Origin: Candidatus Onstottus arcticum
Lineage (GTDB): Bacteria; Acidobacteriota; Blastocatellia; UBA7656
DNA: 64,000 nt
Assembly: GCA_038040485.1 (NCBI GenBank)
Contig: JBBPIE010000006.1
Span: 142,435 to 206,434, forward strand
Direction of reading: 5' to 3'
Positions 63,244-64,000 of the stretch are shown piece by piece. The notes under the pieces are model-generated. The model did not search any database, had not been told where the DNA came from, and saw only the letters and a list, made by a program, of their open reading frames with translations. The translations under genes were made by a program, and so were the position numbers. Position 1 is the stretch's first letter. Every line of letters starts with the position of its first letter.

Positions 63244-64000
63244 ACGGTCACGCCCTCTTCCTTGTCGATCAAGGCGATGATCTCCTTCAAGTCATCGACG
63301 ACTGCTTCAAGCTCAGTGATAGCCTCAGCGGCGAGGTCTTGAGGCTCGGGCAACTCATCGGCGTCCTCGAGCGATTCATCTTTGAGCCACGTGATGTCGA
63401 GCTTGTAGTCGCGCTCTTTGATCTTGCCGATGTGAAACTTGCGGAAGCGGCCTTCGGCACCGGTGTCGCGGCGTTTGCTCTTGCCGTTCGGGTCGTCGCC
63501 GTAACGCTTCTCGAACTCCGCGAAGTGGTCCGCTGTGAGCGGGCGTTCTTTCTTGGTTATGCCTGGCACGTTGGACCGCGCATCGAAGATCCAGACGTGT
63601 TCCGTAGGATAGCCCTTTTGAAAAAAGATCACGTTGGCTTTTACGCCTTGGCTGTACGGCGAGAACGTCCCGCGAGGCAGGCGGAGGACCGTGTGCAGAT
63701 TGCAGTCCTGCATCACGATCTCGAACACTTCACCGGCTTTGTTCTCGAACAGACAGTTGTCGGGCAGCACTACTGCGGCGCGGCCACCGGGTTTCAAGAT
63801 CGTCAGGATGTGCTGGACGAAGTTGAGCTGTTTGTTCGAAGTCTCGATGGTGAAGTCTTCGCGGTCGGGCGCCTGGTTCGCTCCTTTGGTTCCGAACGGC
63901 GGATTGGTCAAGACGACATCGAAGCGGCGGCTGTCCGGAACTTCGTAGATCGAATCGCCAAGCGCAATCTCGGGTTCAAGGCCGTGCAAGTAGAGATTCA
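63240..64000 (-). CDS. hsdM: type I restriction-modification system methyltransferase subunit HsdM; C-terminal about 250 aa, 5' end beyond the window
   Basis: N6-adenine MTase motif IV (VLTNPPFG) and the HsdM C-terminal region. The reading frame stays open to position 64000. Confidence 0.9.
   Translation of the reverse strand, partial: NLYLHGLEPEIALGDSIYEVPDSRRFDVVLTNPPFGTKGANQAPDREDFTIETSNKQLNFVQHILTILKPGGRAAVVLPDNCLFENKAGEVFEIVMQDCNLHTVLRLPRGTFSPYSQGVKANVIFFQKGYPTEHVWIFDARSNVPGITKKERPLTADHFAEFEKRYGDDPNGKSKRRDTGAEGRFRKFHIGKIKERDYKLDITWLKDESLEDADELPEPQDLAAEAITELEAVVDDLKEIIALIDKEEGVTV

Overview
This 64-kb window is high-GC (about 62%) and reads like an Acidobacteriota chromosome. The evidence for that is an ADOP-family duplicated permease, TMTC-like TPR/GT-C proteins, and a membrane spermidine-synthase fusion with TPR repeats. 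Genes are tightly packed on both strands. Housekeeping loci (xth, rnc, lepB, moaA, hbd, tRNA-Ser(GCU), tRNA-Arg(CCG), a POT peptide transporter, an MFS transporter, M28 and penicillin-acylase-type hydrolases) are interleaved with accessory material. The accessory content includes hicAB and relBE-like toxin-antitoxin modules side by side, the 3' end of a type I restriction-modification operon (hsdM-hsdS) that carries a HipA-like kinase plus DUF3037 gene pair, a radC gene, and several GT-C-fold membrane glycosyltransferases with a glycoside hydrolase.

The observations most worth follow-up are these:
(1) A DUF1573 lipoprotein gene has an in-frame TGA exactly at the first Cys of the family's conserved S-C-G-C-T motif, followed by hairpins. 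It is either a candidate selenoprotein or a single-base nonsense mutation.
(2) A dispersed family of palindromic MITE/REP-like elements shares GGGAGCGCAGGC...GCCTGCGCTCCC termini and has variable cores. There are five copies. One is inserted in-frame inside a glycosyltransferase CDS, and one fills an entire intergenic gap and supplies the RBS of the downstream gene.
(3) A second 56-nt perfect-palindrome family has two copies.
(4) The HipA-like kinase/DUF3037 pair is translationally coupled into the hsdMS operon.
(5) A G-quadruplex-type heptad tandem repeat, a frameshifted hicA next to an intact hicB, and several iteron- or operator-like palindromic arrays are also present.

No rRNA genes, CRISPR arrays, transposase genes or integrase genes were seen. 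The mobile-element entries above are MITE/REP-like repeats without their own coding capacity.

All calls come from reading the sequence and the ORF translations. No database search was possible.
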